NCBI GenBank assembly: GCA_965637545.1
Contig: OZ281498.1
Coordinates: 2,542,001-2,606,000 of the forward strand
DNA: 64,000 bases
Direction of reading: 5' to 3'
From: Phallusia mammillata
Taxonomy: Eukaryota
The notes below the pieces were generated by a model. The model saw nothing but the letters and a program-made list of their open reading frames with translations. It was not told the origin of the DNA and did not search any database. Positions 37,001 to 47,665 of this stretch are shown here, in pieces (within the stretch, counting starts at the first letter, position 1; each line of letters starts with the position of its first letter). The translations under genes and the position numbers were made by a program.

Positions 37001-38955
37001 CTGTTTACTGTAAAACACATCACTATTGTAACTTAGCGCATATAACTCGACCTAAAAGTGGCTTTTCAACCTTATCACCTAGACCAGTGTTTCTCAAACT
37101 TTTTTTGTTGCGACGCCCCTGGACAAGTTTTTCTGGACTTGCGACGCACCAGCAAATAAAAGTTAATGAGGAAACTTATTATTAAAGTCGGGTTTATTGA
37201 TACAACAACAAAAAGCCACGAAACAAAACTTTTTTGCGACGCCCTTGAAAAATTGAAACGACGCACCAGGGCGTCGCGACGCACAGTTTGAGAACCACTG
37301 ACCTAGACAGTCAGACTTTGAATGTTAGAGTTAGACAGAAACAAGTATGTTTTTAAACCACAGTATGTAGGCTATATTTTTATCACAAAAACTTGTTTCG
37401 ATAATTTTCACAGCGATTGCCAAAATGTCTCCAGTATCACAATATAGTATTATTAGGGGATGCTCTAAAGCAGTGCTCTTTAACCTTTTTTGGTTTGGTG
37501 AACCCTTAAAGTTGTTGTGATGAACTCATGCACCCCGTTTACTTACAAGGTAAACTTAGGTAATAAGCGACATAAAAAATCGTTATGCATATCATCACGT
37601 AACACAGACACTATCAAACTTGACACGGGGTTAAAACATTAAAAAAGTTTACCTTGGTTATACATCATTTGAAACTTACATACTTTTTTCTAATATCCTG
37701 AAATTCAAATATTAATGGTTCATTAAAAGTTTGTGATGCACCCTTGTATACCCCTTCGTACTGGTGCACCCTAGGGTGCACCGTGCACACCGGTTGAAGA
37801 GCACTGCTCTGAAGTACGCAATCTACCAATAAAACTTGTATAAATAAAGCTGTTGACGGTTAGGGCTTTAGGGTCTTGGTGTGGGTTTGTATTAACAATA
37901 ACACTACAATTTAATCTCAGGTAGCCCTGATTGGCTTAATCTTATACGTGTTCAGGGTGGTACTTAACACCGTATGGTACCTCATGTTAACGCTTCTAAG
38001 AGTATTAAGCCCATAAGGGTATCTAAAATTTAATTATAACGCTATTACAAACCCTCACCTCGAATAGCCCTAAACGTCAGCATAGTTTTTTTTAGCAGTA
38101 TGGATATAGATTGCGTAGTTTGAGTATTTTGGAGTGGGCCTATTAATAGTATTAGCATTACTCTTTTTGACAAAAAAGATCGTTGTTTATATTTTTTCAG
38201 ACTGCCAACTACTTTAAAGAAGGTGTCATTTTGTTCGTGGTGGGAGATGTTCAAGACAAGTATCGAACTCCGGATGGCCACTGGGGGTGAGTAACTGATA
38301 TTCTATGGATAAATATTACTTGAGCTGTTGCGATATCCAAACGTTTACCACGTTAGAACAAAAGACAAAAAATCGTCAAGAGCTATACAGAGCGCTTACA
38401 GAAAATTAGGATTTTTTTATAAAAAATGACAAACAATTGAAGAGTTCAGAAAATGTAACGTACTCGTCTATATAACGTGAAAAAGACATCACATAATAAA
38501 ACAAAATACAATATTATATACTGCAAACTGTTGAAATTGTAAGCAACATCAACGGATCGCGAATTTCCAACTTTTAAAAATGTGAAAGCAGGCTAAAAAC
38601 CCTTGATTTATAATGAAGAAATCTATTAGTTACAATAACTTTTCATAAGTTTTTATGCACTGTTTTTGCTGCTCAAATTATTTTTGTAATACATTTTATT
38701 TTTGTTATTTGAGACTCAAAAATTTACCCTAAATTATTTTCTTACAGTGAAAAGTATCATTTAACCGAGAGAGCGGTATTGGAGCGGTACATTCCGGATA
38801 AAAAGTGTAAACAGAATAGAAAGAAATACGTAGACCTGAACTGTGTCAACCCAGCACCGAATAACGTGAAGAAATGCACGAAGGCAGCTCGCTTCAAAGC
38901 TTCGTGCGATAGCATGGACAAAATCAAGGAGAGACTCGTCCATTCGTGCGATTAA
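10039..38955 (+). CDS. C3: Complement component C3 (thioester-containing protein), about 43 coding exons
   Basis: Signal peptide MLKLVLGILLLVGVGNC (10039-10088); MG-domain motifs SGYIFLITDRPIYKP (~11880), RYVLPTFQV (~14224), MIPSARIVAYY (~19075), VGVDRAAYFLY (~20415); beta/alpha furin site RKKR 20971-20982; anaphylatoxin exon 22461-22623; LIR/S site at 23099/23100; thioester GCGEQ 27306-27320; catalytic H-x-E (His 28743-28745); GAFTSTQDTVMGLQAL (~31015); ELCRCAEGGC (~34960); C345C end ...LVHSCD-stop at 38953-38955. Reading frame is preserved across every exon I traced. Confidence 0.96.
12026..12184 (-). mobile_element. tRNA-derived SINE (head plus shared ~100 bp 5' segment) in C3 intron 4
   Basis: Reverse strand CTGTGTAGCACAGTTTGTAGAGCGCGATTCCC...GGGTTCGAATCCCACC (A and B boxes); homologous to 26311-26470. 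Confidence 0.75.
15123..15356. mobile_element. hAT-family MITE, 234 bp, in C3 intron
   Basis: TIRs CAGTGGTCGGCAACC / GGTTGCCGAGCCCTG; perfect TSD TACTAGAC at 15115-15122 and 15357-15364. Confidence 0.92.
17410..17640. repeat. Rearranged array of CTGATGA...GAAACGT (hammerhead/Penelope-like) repeat fragments
   Basis: Cores at 17432 and 17606-17637, a perfect 20-bp inverted repeat (17413-17432 / 17527-17546) and a ~27-bp direct repeat. Confidence 0.5.
19254..19426. mobile_element. PIF/Harbinger-like palindromic MITE, 173 bp, in C3 intron
   Basis: ~38-bp perfect TIRs TATCCCGTTTCCATGGCCGTTGGTCCGATCGGACTTT; 3-bp TSD TAA at 19251-19253 and 19427-19429. Confidence 0.85.
21643..22430. mobile_element. 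hAT-family non-autonomous element, 788 bp, in C3 intron
   Basis: TIRs CAGGGTTCTTCAAC / GTTGAAGACCGCTG; perfect TSD GTATAACG at 21635-21642 and 22431-22438; subterminal GGGGGCGAT repeats at both ends. Confidence 0.92.
25630..25890. repeat. Degenerate tandem repeat, ~110 bp unit, ~2.4 copies, in C3 intron
   Basis: GTACTC(A/G)GG(G/A)AGCTTGTGTGTAT recurs at ~25645, ~25755 and ~25863. Confidence 0.8.
26311..26530 (+). mobile_element. tRNA-derived SINE with 5' extension in C3 intron
   Basis: GCCTGTGTAGCTCGGTTGGTAGAGCGCG...GGGTTCGAATCC at 26402-26465 (A/B boxes); body motif GGCCTGGCGTAC shared with the copy at ~33480-33690. Confidence 0.8.
33480..33685 (+). mobile_element. tRNA-derived SINE, same family, with (TA)n tail
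   Basis: GCTTGTGTAGCC...TCCTGTCGTGGGTTCAAATCCCACCGTGAGGCT, body ATAGCCCTGGCGTAC, ends in TATACATACATATATAT. Confidence 0.7.
36491..36810. mobile_element. Truncated hAT MITE fragment
   Basis: Left end CACGGGTGTCAAACTC and internal GCGGGCCGCAC motif typical of hAT MITEs; right TIR not found; ~22-bp internal direct repeat near 36752 and 36784. Confidence 0.45.
37085..37300. mobile_element. hAT-family MITE, 216 bp, in C3 intron
   Basis: TIRs CAGTGTTTCTCAAACT / AGTTTGAGAACCACTG; perfect TSD ACCTAGAC at 37077-37084 and 37301-37308; repeated GCGACGC subterminal motifs. Confidence 0.92.
37471..37806. mobile_element. hAT-family MITE, 336 bp, in C3 intron
   Basis: TIRs CAGTGCTCTTTAACC / GGTTGAAGAGCACTG; TSD CTCTAAAG / CTCTGAAG (7/8). 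Confidence 0.88.
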
Positions 38956-39048
38956 ATAACAAAATAAGTTGATTTATGTAAAATAATGCCTTGCCGTATG
39001 TGGTGAACTGTTTATGTGAAAGCTTGGCAAATGTTACTGTACATCTAC

Positions 39049-39054
39049 AATAAA
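39049..39054 (+). terminator. Candidate polyadenylation signal of C3
   Basis: AATAAA ~95 nt downstream of the C3 stop codon. Confidence 0.45.
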
Positions 39055-40358
39055 TTGCTTGCAGCATTAAAGTTAAAAATCATAGGCAGGCTCAGGAAGA
39101 ACTTGTGATTTAACAGCCCAATTTGTTCGAAAGTAAGCAGAATACTCTTGTCGCTAGTCTTGCAGCGTTAGGTACGAGCCGAAACCCAGTATTTCAATCA
39201 ATCAATCACTTTTTTACCAACGAAAGCAAATTTTAAATTGAAAACAAACATGGTGGCAAGGAGGCATCGTAATAACCTGTCGGTTTTCGAGTCAAGATGC
39301 CCCCTTTAAAAACATAACTAATTGAGTAGAGTTTCAGGATTGTATGTCGCCAAAACATTAAATGATTGCGGCCGAACATAAGAACTCGGCAAAAATGTAC
39401 GTTGGAGAAAAAAAATCGCAGGTTATGATATAGGTACGATTGATTGTTGATGTCATTCTGCAATACTTTTCATAATGTCACCAACTGCACAAACCACCTA
39501 AATGCAGACAATACAACCCACGTTTTGTAGGGACAAGTTTATTTGTTACGTTTGCTTTTGGCGTTTGTAAAAAATGTTGTTCAGTAAGACGTTAATGTTA
39601 TATAATAATTAAGTACGGGTCAAACCGAAAAAACAACAGAATATCGCATTTGAGCTTATTGTTTTGATCCACTGTATCACTATACTTATAGTAGTAAAGT
39701 TACCTACTACGATAAAGGAAGTAACTGATCTTGTATCAAGCGGCTATGAGCCCTATAGCCAAGTTATTTCGTTAGTGACGTGATTTTGTGTATTTGCTTA
39801 GTCATACATACGTCATTGATGGGGCGTGACTCATCAAAATAGGCGGAAGGTGGAAGCGAGTTCATGATCTATATTAAACTGAATTGCACAGTTGCTGGCA
39901 GAAAAACAAACCATGTCAGTTACCTACTGAAAGGCCTGTTTAGTTTCGCACTGAAATGTTTTGTTTCCGCGACTTCCAACATATTTCCTATTTACCAGAA
40001 AACAATTTCGTGTTACTTCAAGATTTTACAGAATAATTTGCAATTCCAGGGAGACAAAATTCACTCTAAGCTATTGTTAAGACGTTGCAGGTGATATAAT
40101 CAAAAAGATTGAGTATTACTAGTATTATATTGCAATGTCAACTGTTAAGATAAACAATCAACAATACACATGTAGCTACAATTTGGACGTTTAAATTTAT
40201 TTGGCTAGATATAATTGTCAGCGACAAGTATGTTTGCCAATAGACATCGCAACTGCTACAAACACGACTTCTAAACGAACGTTTACACCGCAACCGTCAT
40301 AGCTCTGTTTCATGAAGCGATGACAGTAACGCATACAACGTAGCGGATGCACGTCAAA

Positions 40359-40365
40359 TATAAAA
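40359..40365 (+). promoter_or_regulatory. Candidate TATA box of the UBE2D-like gene
   Basis: TATAAAA in a CpG-richer stretch ~160 nt upstream of the ATG at 40523. Confidence 0.35.
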
Positions 40366-40510
40366 CGCGTCATAATATAATTTGGCGTGAGCTCATCGCG
40401 CGCCAGCTAGTTTAAGCGGAGGTATCAGCTCTGTTGTTGTCGATGAACACAAAGCGTAGTCGAACAGCTGTGGCGTTACAACAAGGACAAAGCGGACATC
40501 ACAATAGTGA

Positions 40511-40981
<471 letters not shown>

Positions 40982-41900
40982 CTTGTTTATGTTAGTAAAG
41001 TAAACCTTTTTAGAAATTATAGATTTATTATAGATGACTGTGCAATAAAGTAATTATATAATTAATTAATTTTTAAGCCTCTGTGTTCATATTGTTAACT
41101 ACATTGTGACTAAATGTGTCAGTATTTACCTGAATTCAAAGTATTTGAATGTTATTTATATATTGCATTAAGTGTTAAGTTTCTACTTTTTTGTTTCACA
41201 GTTTTTCTCGACATATATTTTACAAAACGCAACACATGTTATGGGAAAAGTTTTTGTATTTTAGATGGGCAGAACTTAATATCTGCTTGTTTATGTTGAA
41301 GAAATGTGCTGGTATTTTTACAAACTTTTTGTTGTTTCCTAACGTGAGATGTATTTGTGTGATTGCTATTACATCTATAAAAGCACACCTTGTAATTGTA
41401 AGTGAAATGAACAGCAATATGTAAATGATTGCCGGATTCGTCTACACTTTTTACAGAAAGTCTAAAGCGAATACTTTGCCAACAATTTGTCTAGAAATTT
41501 CAAAAATAATATCTGACCTTTCGCTTCACTCCAGCATCATCAGGTGATGTGCTGAGATTCTTCTTGTTTCACTTTCTAACATAACTTGCCTGTTTTATCC
41601 TAAAAATATCAAAATCAACAACTTGAAACTAATAGACTTGAATGTAACTTGACACAAGACTTTGCCTCTAAACAATGATAAAAATACTGTATGAAGCAAA
41701 TATTATAAAGCAGTGGGCACTTCAGGCTAAAAAGCACATTTGAAATACACTGAAAAAAATTGGTGCATTTCAAATAGCATAAAATTTCAAAAACTTTCTA
41801 TCGAATATGTATTACCAATTACTTCTTAGAAAAAAAAAATTTGAGGGGCCAACCCTTTTTGTTCAAATACTGCATAGATACATAGTTGAAAAGAAGTGCA

Positions 41901-42398
41901 TTAAGTCAAAATAGTTGTGAACTGACCCAATTTAAACACAGTTTCTTCACCCAAATCATTTCCTTGCATGTTCACCTCTTTCAACTTTGACAATTGTTCA
42001 ATATGTTCTCCACTTAAGTTGGTAATCAAATTATTTGACAAGTTCAGTCTTTGTAGTGATGGACATAACACGGGTATGCTGGAAAATTTATTGCCAGCAA
42101 GGTTTAAATAAGTGAGCTTTTCATGCTGTGAAAATCCATCTGGTAACTTTGAAATGTTTTCATTTGATGCACAAATAAATTCCTCCATCTGGGTAAAGTG
42201 CTGTGGAATCTTTGATGAAATACTTTTTAGGTAGTTGCCTGACAAGTCACATTTCTTTATGCTGTGACGGTGACCATCAGGAAGCATCAGAAACATGGCT
42301 TTCGGCAATGCAGTAAGCTTACATTGTGATAAATCCAGCAGACCAGTTTCCTTTGCATCCAGACATCGTCTTGCCACCAAAGCTGCTTCTGCTGCCAT
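41901..42398 (-). CDS. LRRC20: Leucine-rich repeat protein LRRC20-like, intronless CDS
   Basis: MAAEAALVARR...LDLSQCKLTALP...CDLSGNYLKSIS...LNLAGNKFS...LNLSNNLIT...VNMQGNDL matches the LRRC20 architecture (VARKV...LDLAECKLVSFP in vertebrates). The start at 42398 is my choice; the ORF is open to 42428. Confidence 0.75.
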   Translation of the reverse strand: MAAEAALVARRCLDAKETGLLDLSQCKLTALPKAMFLMLPDGHRHSIKKCDLSGNYLKSISSKIPQHFTQMEEFICASNENISKLPDGFSQHEKLTYLNLAGNKFSSIPVLCPSLQRLNLSNNLITNLSGEHIEQLSKLKEVNMQGNDLGEETVFKLGQFTTILT

Positions 42399-42399
42399 G

Positions 42400-43126
42400 T
42401 CTTGGAACTCAATGTAGGCATAAAACAAAGTCTCAAAAATGACTTAGGGTTAACTTTAACTGCATGCAAAACTATGCAATCCCGGTAAACGGTGCCCGGC
42501 GGCGGCGCACGCACAACGGTTCTACTCCACTGGGTCTTTTAAATTCTGCAGCAAAGCCTTTTGTACTAAATGTTTCGTTTAAGAGCAGCGTTGACCACAT
42601 TTATTGGCTTTTGCCATTATTTCGCAACATTTGATAGCCCAGTAGATGTTATTGGTTAGTAAATAATAATAAAAGCGCCCAAGTACGCCAATTACACAGC
42701 TAAAATACTTTTACTTGTTTTAAATTTGATTTTGCCAGTTTAAAAAGTTTTAGCAAGAGGGGATTCACCGGTATTATAAATTGTCGACATTCAACATTTA
42801 ACAAATAGTTCAATACTACTGACAGCTGCAATTCGTGCGTAGCTCTTTAGTATTTTGGATAAAAAATACTTAAGCTCCAGCTTTATTTTACTTTAAAACT
42901 ACAGTAGAAACTTCAATGCACCGGATTATCAAATATGCGTGACAAAAAATCACGTGACCAAATTGTCACTGTTTTTGTTTTGATTCTTAAAAAAAGGTCA
43001 CGTCCGTTTTTCTGTTCGACTTGTTCACGTGTGTCAATTATTATTGGGACAATAGGCAGGTAAAAGCCAAGTATTTTTTCTGTTACTGACATGAATTTAT
43101 AATTGGACAGTAGGATTTGTTTCACA
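42400..43126. promoter_or_regulatory. Bidirectional promoter region LRRC20 / COQ4
   Basis: Head-to-head genes ~730 bp apart; GC-rich patch ~42480-42520; E-box/CLEAR-like TCACGTGAC at 42950-42958. Confidence 0.55.
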
Positions 43127-44768
43127 ATGTCGGGCCTTGCTGCACATCACATTAAAACTACCTTGGCCCAAAAGATTTTACTTGGAACAGGTTCATCGCT
43201 TGCCGCTTTGGTCAACCCATACAGAGGAGGTAACAATGTGATTTTGCAAATATTCTAGTTTTTGTCAACAATAATGCGGATGCTTATTATTTTGGTGTAG
43301 ATCTTGTGATTTTTTGCACTTTAAAATGACATCTTAGCAAGTAGGCCAAATTAGAAATTACATTGCATACAGTGGGCTAAATCTTGCCTGTAAATTTGTT
43401 TTGAGCTTGTATTATTAACGGAAGTTTATGGCAGCTGTACTTACCGGTGGGTAAGTCAGGCTTATTATGGTATCATTGCCTTAATATTTCCTTTTCAAAG
43501 ATTACCTAATATTTGCTTGAAATTACTTTATTTATAAAACTGTTCTGGGTGAAAAAAATTAGCTTTATGTAGCAAAATCACAATTCTGCAACAGTAATAC
43601 CTCCACTTTTTTTCTTTTTCTTTAACAACCGATCTTATACGCAGACATGGTAGCAGTTTGTGGCGAAACTACTGCTTGCCGTTCACTGGAAAATATCAGA
43701 AGCAAAATGATGGAAGATGTGACAGGAAAAATAATTTTAAAAGAAAAACCGAGAATATCAAGTGAAACAATGGATTTAAAACTTCTGCGGGCGTTGCCTG
43801 AGTCTACTTTGGGAAGACAATATGTGAAAATGCTTGATAAATATGTAAGTACTGTTTAATAAATGAATTAAATGTTGCAAAGCAATATTTGTTAACATCG
43901 TAAGTTTGCTGCAAGCAGTACACTCCGTTTCAACCTTGTAGGTTACATTCAGTGAGGCAGCTGTAAAGCTTCTATCTTCCAACAAACTGTGCTGTGATGT
44001 GACTACTCTATCCTATGCAGTCAATATATTGTTATCAGTTGTACTAATGAGACAATTTCTGTCCAAACAATGTATGATTATTTACAAATTATTATTTATT
44101 TTACCATACTTACTTGTGTTTATTCATTAATCATTACAGACTGTTTTTATTTTGTTTGTGTGTTCACATTATACTAGATTTGTGTTGTATCCAATATTTA
44201 CTGAATCCATGGTGTTTCAGAACATAACTCCAGACTCTAGGCTTCCAGTTCGGTTTGTAGATGACATTGAACTTGCATATGTTCTGCAAAGATACAGAGA
44301 GATCCACGACTTTAACCATTTGCTACTAGGTGGGTTTTATTGACAAGCACAGTTGTATTAATATGATTTTGACATGAATTGAATAGGACAACCAACAAAC
44401 CTACGCGGGGAAGTTGTAGTAAAATGGTTTGAAGCTATCCAAACTGGATTGCCCATGTGTTGGCTGGCTGCTTTGGGTGGTTTAGCTAGGTAAGTCCACA
44501 TTAGATGTGTCAGTTTTGATACTATATTCACACGACAATAGCTGGTTTGAGCTGGGTTTTTTTATTACTTAGGCTAAACAGAAAACGGAGAACAAAACTT
44601 TTAACGGAAGATTTGCAATGGGTCATTTCAACTGCACAAAATGCCGAATTTTTTATGAACTTTTATTTTGAGGAGCGTTTGGATCAGGACATTGATGAAT
44701 TCCAATATGATGCTGGAATCACTGCACAAAAAAGAACAACAAAATTAAAAAAATCAAAATCTGTGTAG
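43127..44768 (+). CDS. COQ4: Ubiquinone biosynthesis protein COQ4, 5 coding exons
   Basis: Exons 43127-43229, 43645-43844, 44221-44329, 44387-44489, 44573-44768 splice in frame: [54 protein letters not shown] (HDxxH), [18 protein letters not shown]. Confidence 0.95.
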
Positions 44769-45086
44769 CATTTCTTCAGGTTTGTGTTTATTGTGTGTTT
44801 GTGTTGTGCACTTTTTGCAATGACTATCTTTTGTTTTATACCTTAATAATAACTGGCAGTGTAGTGCAATTTTTCTAAGCAAAGATTGTAGTTTCAAAAT
44901 CCCGACATGTTCTAATAAGTGCTTTGGAACACTGTGGCAATTTTGAGAGGTCTTTTATTTGGCACATCTATGAATTTTCTAGTGGTTGATAAACACTATA
45001 TTAGCAGGCAATGACTGTTTTGTTATCGTGGTTCACATGGTTAGCTTATTAACTTTGCCAAAGAATTCTCACATTTCCATGTAAGT

Positions 45087-46259
45087 CTAGTAACCATTTT
45101 GACGAAAGAACGAAGCTCGCTTCAGAACATCTTTGGAGTAATTTCCCTGATAGGTATTGGCATCAACGTTGTCGGGATCAGTCACACCGAATTCGCCGCA
45201 ATTGTACGCCGCAATCCCGCCCTGGTACTTCTGTTGTTTTGTCCAACTGGGATGCATCTCTGATACTTTCTTGATCTTTTTTCGAAGAATTTTACAACCT
45301 TGATCTATGTGTTCAGCCGAATAAGGACCGCCTCGTAATTTGTACCAACGATCGTCAACCTTTAAACGTAAACAAATACGAAAAAACGCATCATCGTCAC
45401 ATTTGCGTTGTTAAACAATTGCGGACACAGCAAGGACACCGAAAAAAAACTTGGGCTACTAAGTCAAGTGTCGTGGCATTTGAATGGTGCTTGAATTCCG
45501 GTTATGGTTCGGTTCTTCTGCATGATCGCAACCGACCGCACGAACCTGGAGGGGGTACGTCCGGTTGCATAAGGCGGTGGTTAAACCCGCGGGTTCCGCT
45601 GGCCAAATGAAACCCGCCTAAACGAAAACACAAGCGCGATTCCCCGGCCCAAACAGGAGTGAACACCGAACAAACTAGCCGACTTATAATCTTTCTGTCG
45701 AAACTCAAAAAAATTCTAACATTTCGTGACCTTAAGAAGCAAATTTAAAAACAGTTAAGTTCATCAATGGCGTAATGATCGTTTTTTTCCTGAAAAAGGG
45801 GAACTTCTGCAAAATAAACCATTTTTACAGGAATAATGTACAGGTGGTAGAGATTTGCTTCAAAAATGGGCTTCGGGGGTTCTAGAACATGAACCACAAA
45901 TAGGACAAAACCTTGAGCACTTTTTTTAAAAACAGTCGAAATAATGGGAAGGAGCAAAATTATTTCCTTACCTGCATTAAACCGTATCCGTGCCCATCAA
46001 ATCCATAACCTTCCTTGTCCAGCGTTCTTCCACCGTTACTCTCACGGCTTATGATGGCTGCAACACAATTTATGTGGCTATTACATGTTAATAGGGTAGC
46101 TGTTGTAGCAAATCAGATGAACATTGGTTGCATTTCATGGTTTACATGCTAACCAGCAACAAGCGAAGGCTTTAGATCGTATTCGTCGGCAGAATCAGCG
46201 ATGTAACATTTGTACTTCACCATTGCTTTTAAATCTCCTTTCAAATCAGAGTCGGACAT
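45087..46259 (-). CDS. LYG: Goose-type (g-type) lysozyme, copy A, 154 aa, no signal peptide
   Basis: Exons 46259-46154, 46057-45972, 45359-45087 (465 nt): LVAAIISRES (catalytic Glu), GYGLMQVD, GGIAAYNCG, NVDANTYQGNYSKDVLKRA. Confidence 0.93.
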
Positions 46260-47665
46260 ATTGCTTTGGTTTAAAATTAAATCCTAACATAAAACAAAAA
46301 GCAGTAGAGCGTAAGATTTCGTCAGCATTTCTCAAACTTTGTTGCACAAATATCGAGAAATTCCTTCTAAATTTTTCATGGACTGAATTGTTTCTTTTCT
46401 AGAATTCTGTAGGCTACAGCATTTTTTGATGTATGGGCTATTGTTGAAACTGTGCTCAAAACTAGATCTAGCTTTAGTCCGTTCGCCAACAAACTGTCTA
46501 ACGAAGCGGCTACGAGCCCGGTTTAATCCTATAGGAATGCGAAAGCGGAACTGGCAATCGAAACCTTACCAATCAATCGAAGTCTTTGATACACGCCAGC
46601 CAAATACTACTTGGTAAACATTGTCTGCAAGGAAATGGTACAACTCTCGGTGGGCGTTTGGAGTTTATGTACACAAACCTTCCTGTATTGGAGCTATTCC
46701 ATAATGTAGAAGTTGTAACCTTATTTCAAATTCGAGCCAATTTACGACTGTATAATGAAGTGTAAATGGCATTTGCTTATGACCATAAATAAAGCGTCAT
46801 ATAGGCCTAGTTAATTTTTGTAGAGGTGTGAATGGACGTTTCCGACACTGATTTTGGGGACCGCAAAATTTGCATTCAGACAGCCTTAAGTTTGCAGAAC
46901 AGGTTGTATGGATTGAATGTTATCTCATTTTGACCATAACTTCGTTGCATGTTACGAGTTCATGTAACAAGTAGTTGCAATATGTGGAATGTTTTTGTAA
47001 CTTGAAACAAATGGCTCGCCATAGCTTTACCTGTTAGTTAGACTTACACCTTGGGTCTATCGCAACGAACGGTTGAGAAGCCTTTTTTAATCTTCATAAC
47101 AGCGCAAGTGGGTGGCGTTTTTTGCAGAATGCTCAACAACGCAGCGTGAGTTTAGTTTCGCCTCACGTGACTTCCACCTCAATATGTTAACACCACGAGG
47201 TCACCGCGAGCGCTAGAAATTGTGGTGAAAGAGCATTTTGTCGACCAACACATATCATCAAGTATATTCCAGTCAATGAACCTAGTGATGAAAATTTTTT
47301 AACAAATAGGCATCATACAGTTTTGTTGCATGGTTTGCGTTAAGCGGACAAAACTTTATTTTGACAAATCAAACATTTATTTTAGGGTGATATTTTAAAC
47401 TCTTCGATCCTATAAAAACAACTGTGGTTTGACTTTGTGTTCTAAGCTTGAAGAAGAATGCTGTATCCTTTTTGTTATTCGATGATTGTGAAAAATTCGC
47501 TTGGTGTACCGTAAACGGGTCTGAGTGTTTATAACGTCACACGTGAACAAAAATAGCCTCTTGTTACTGCAACGGTTTCAATGCTGTTGCAAACTAATGT
47601 ATCAAGTCATTCTGTTCCTAACCAATAATATCGCATATTCAGCTCATGGGTGCTTATATATAAGC

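Noticed and set aside
41515-41543. Active hammerhead ribozyme in the LRRC20 3' UTR
   Set aside because: Stem I cannot pair and stem III (AGGT) is not palindromic; treated as a decayed relic.
43860-44080. H/ACA snoRNA in COQ4 intron 2 (two possible hairpins, terminal ACA)
   Set aside because: No convincing ANANNA H box between the hairpins and the stems are short.
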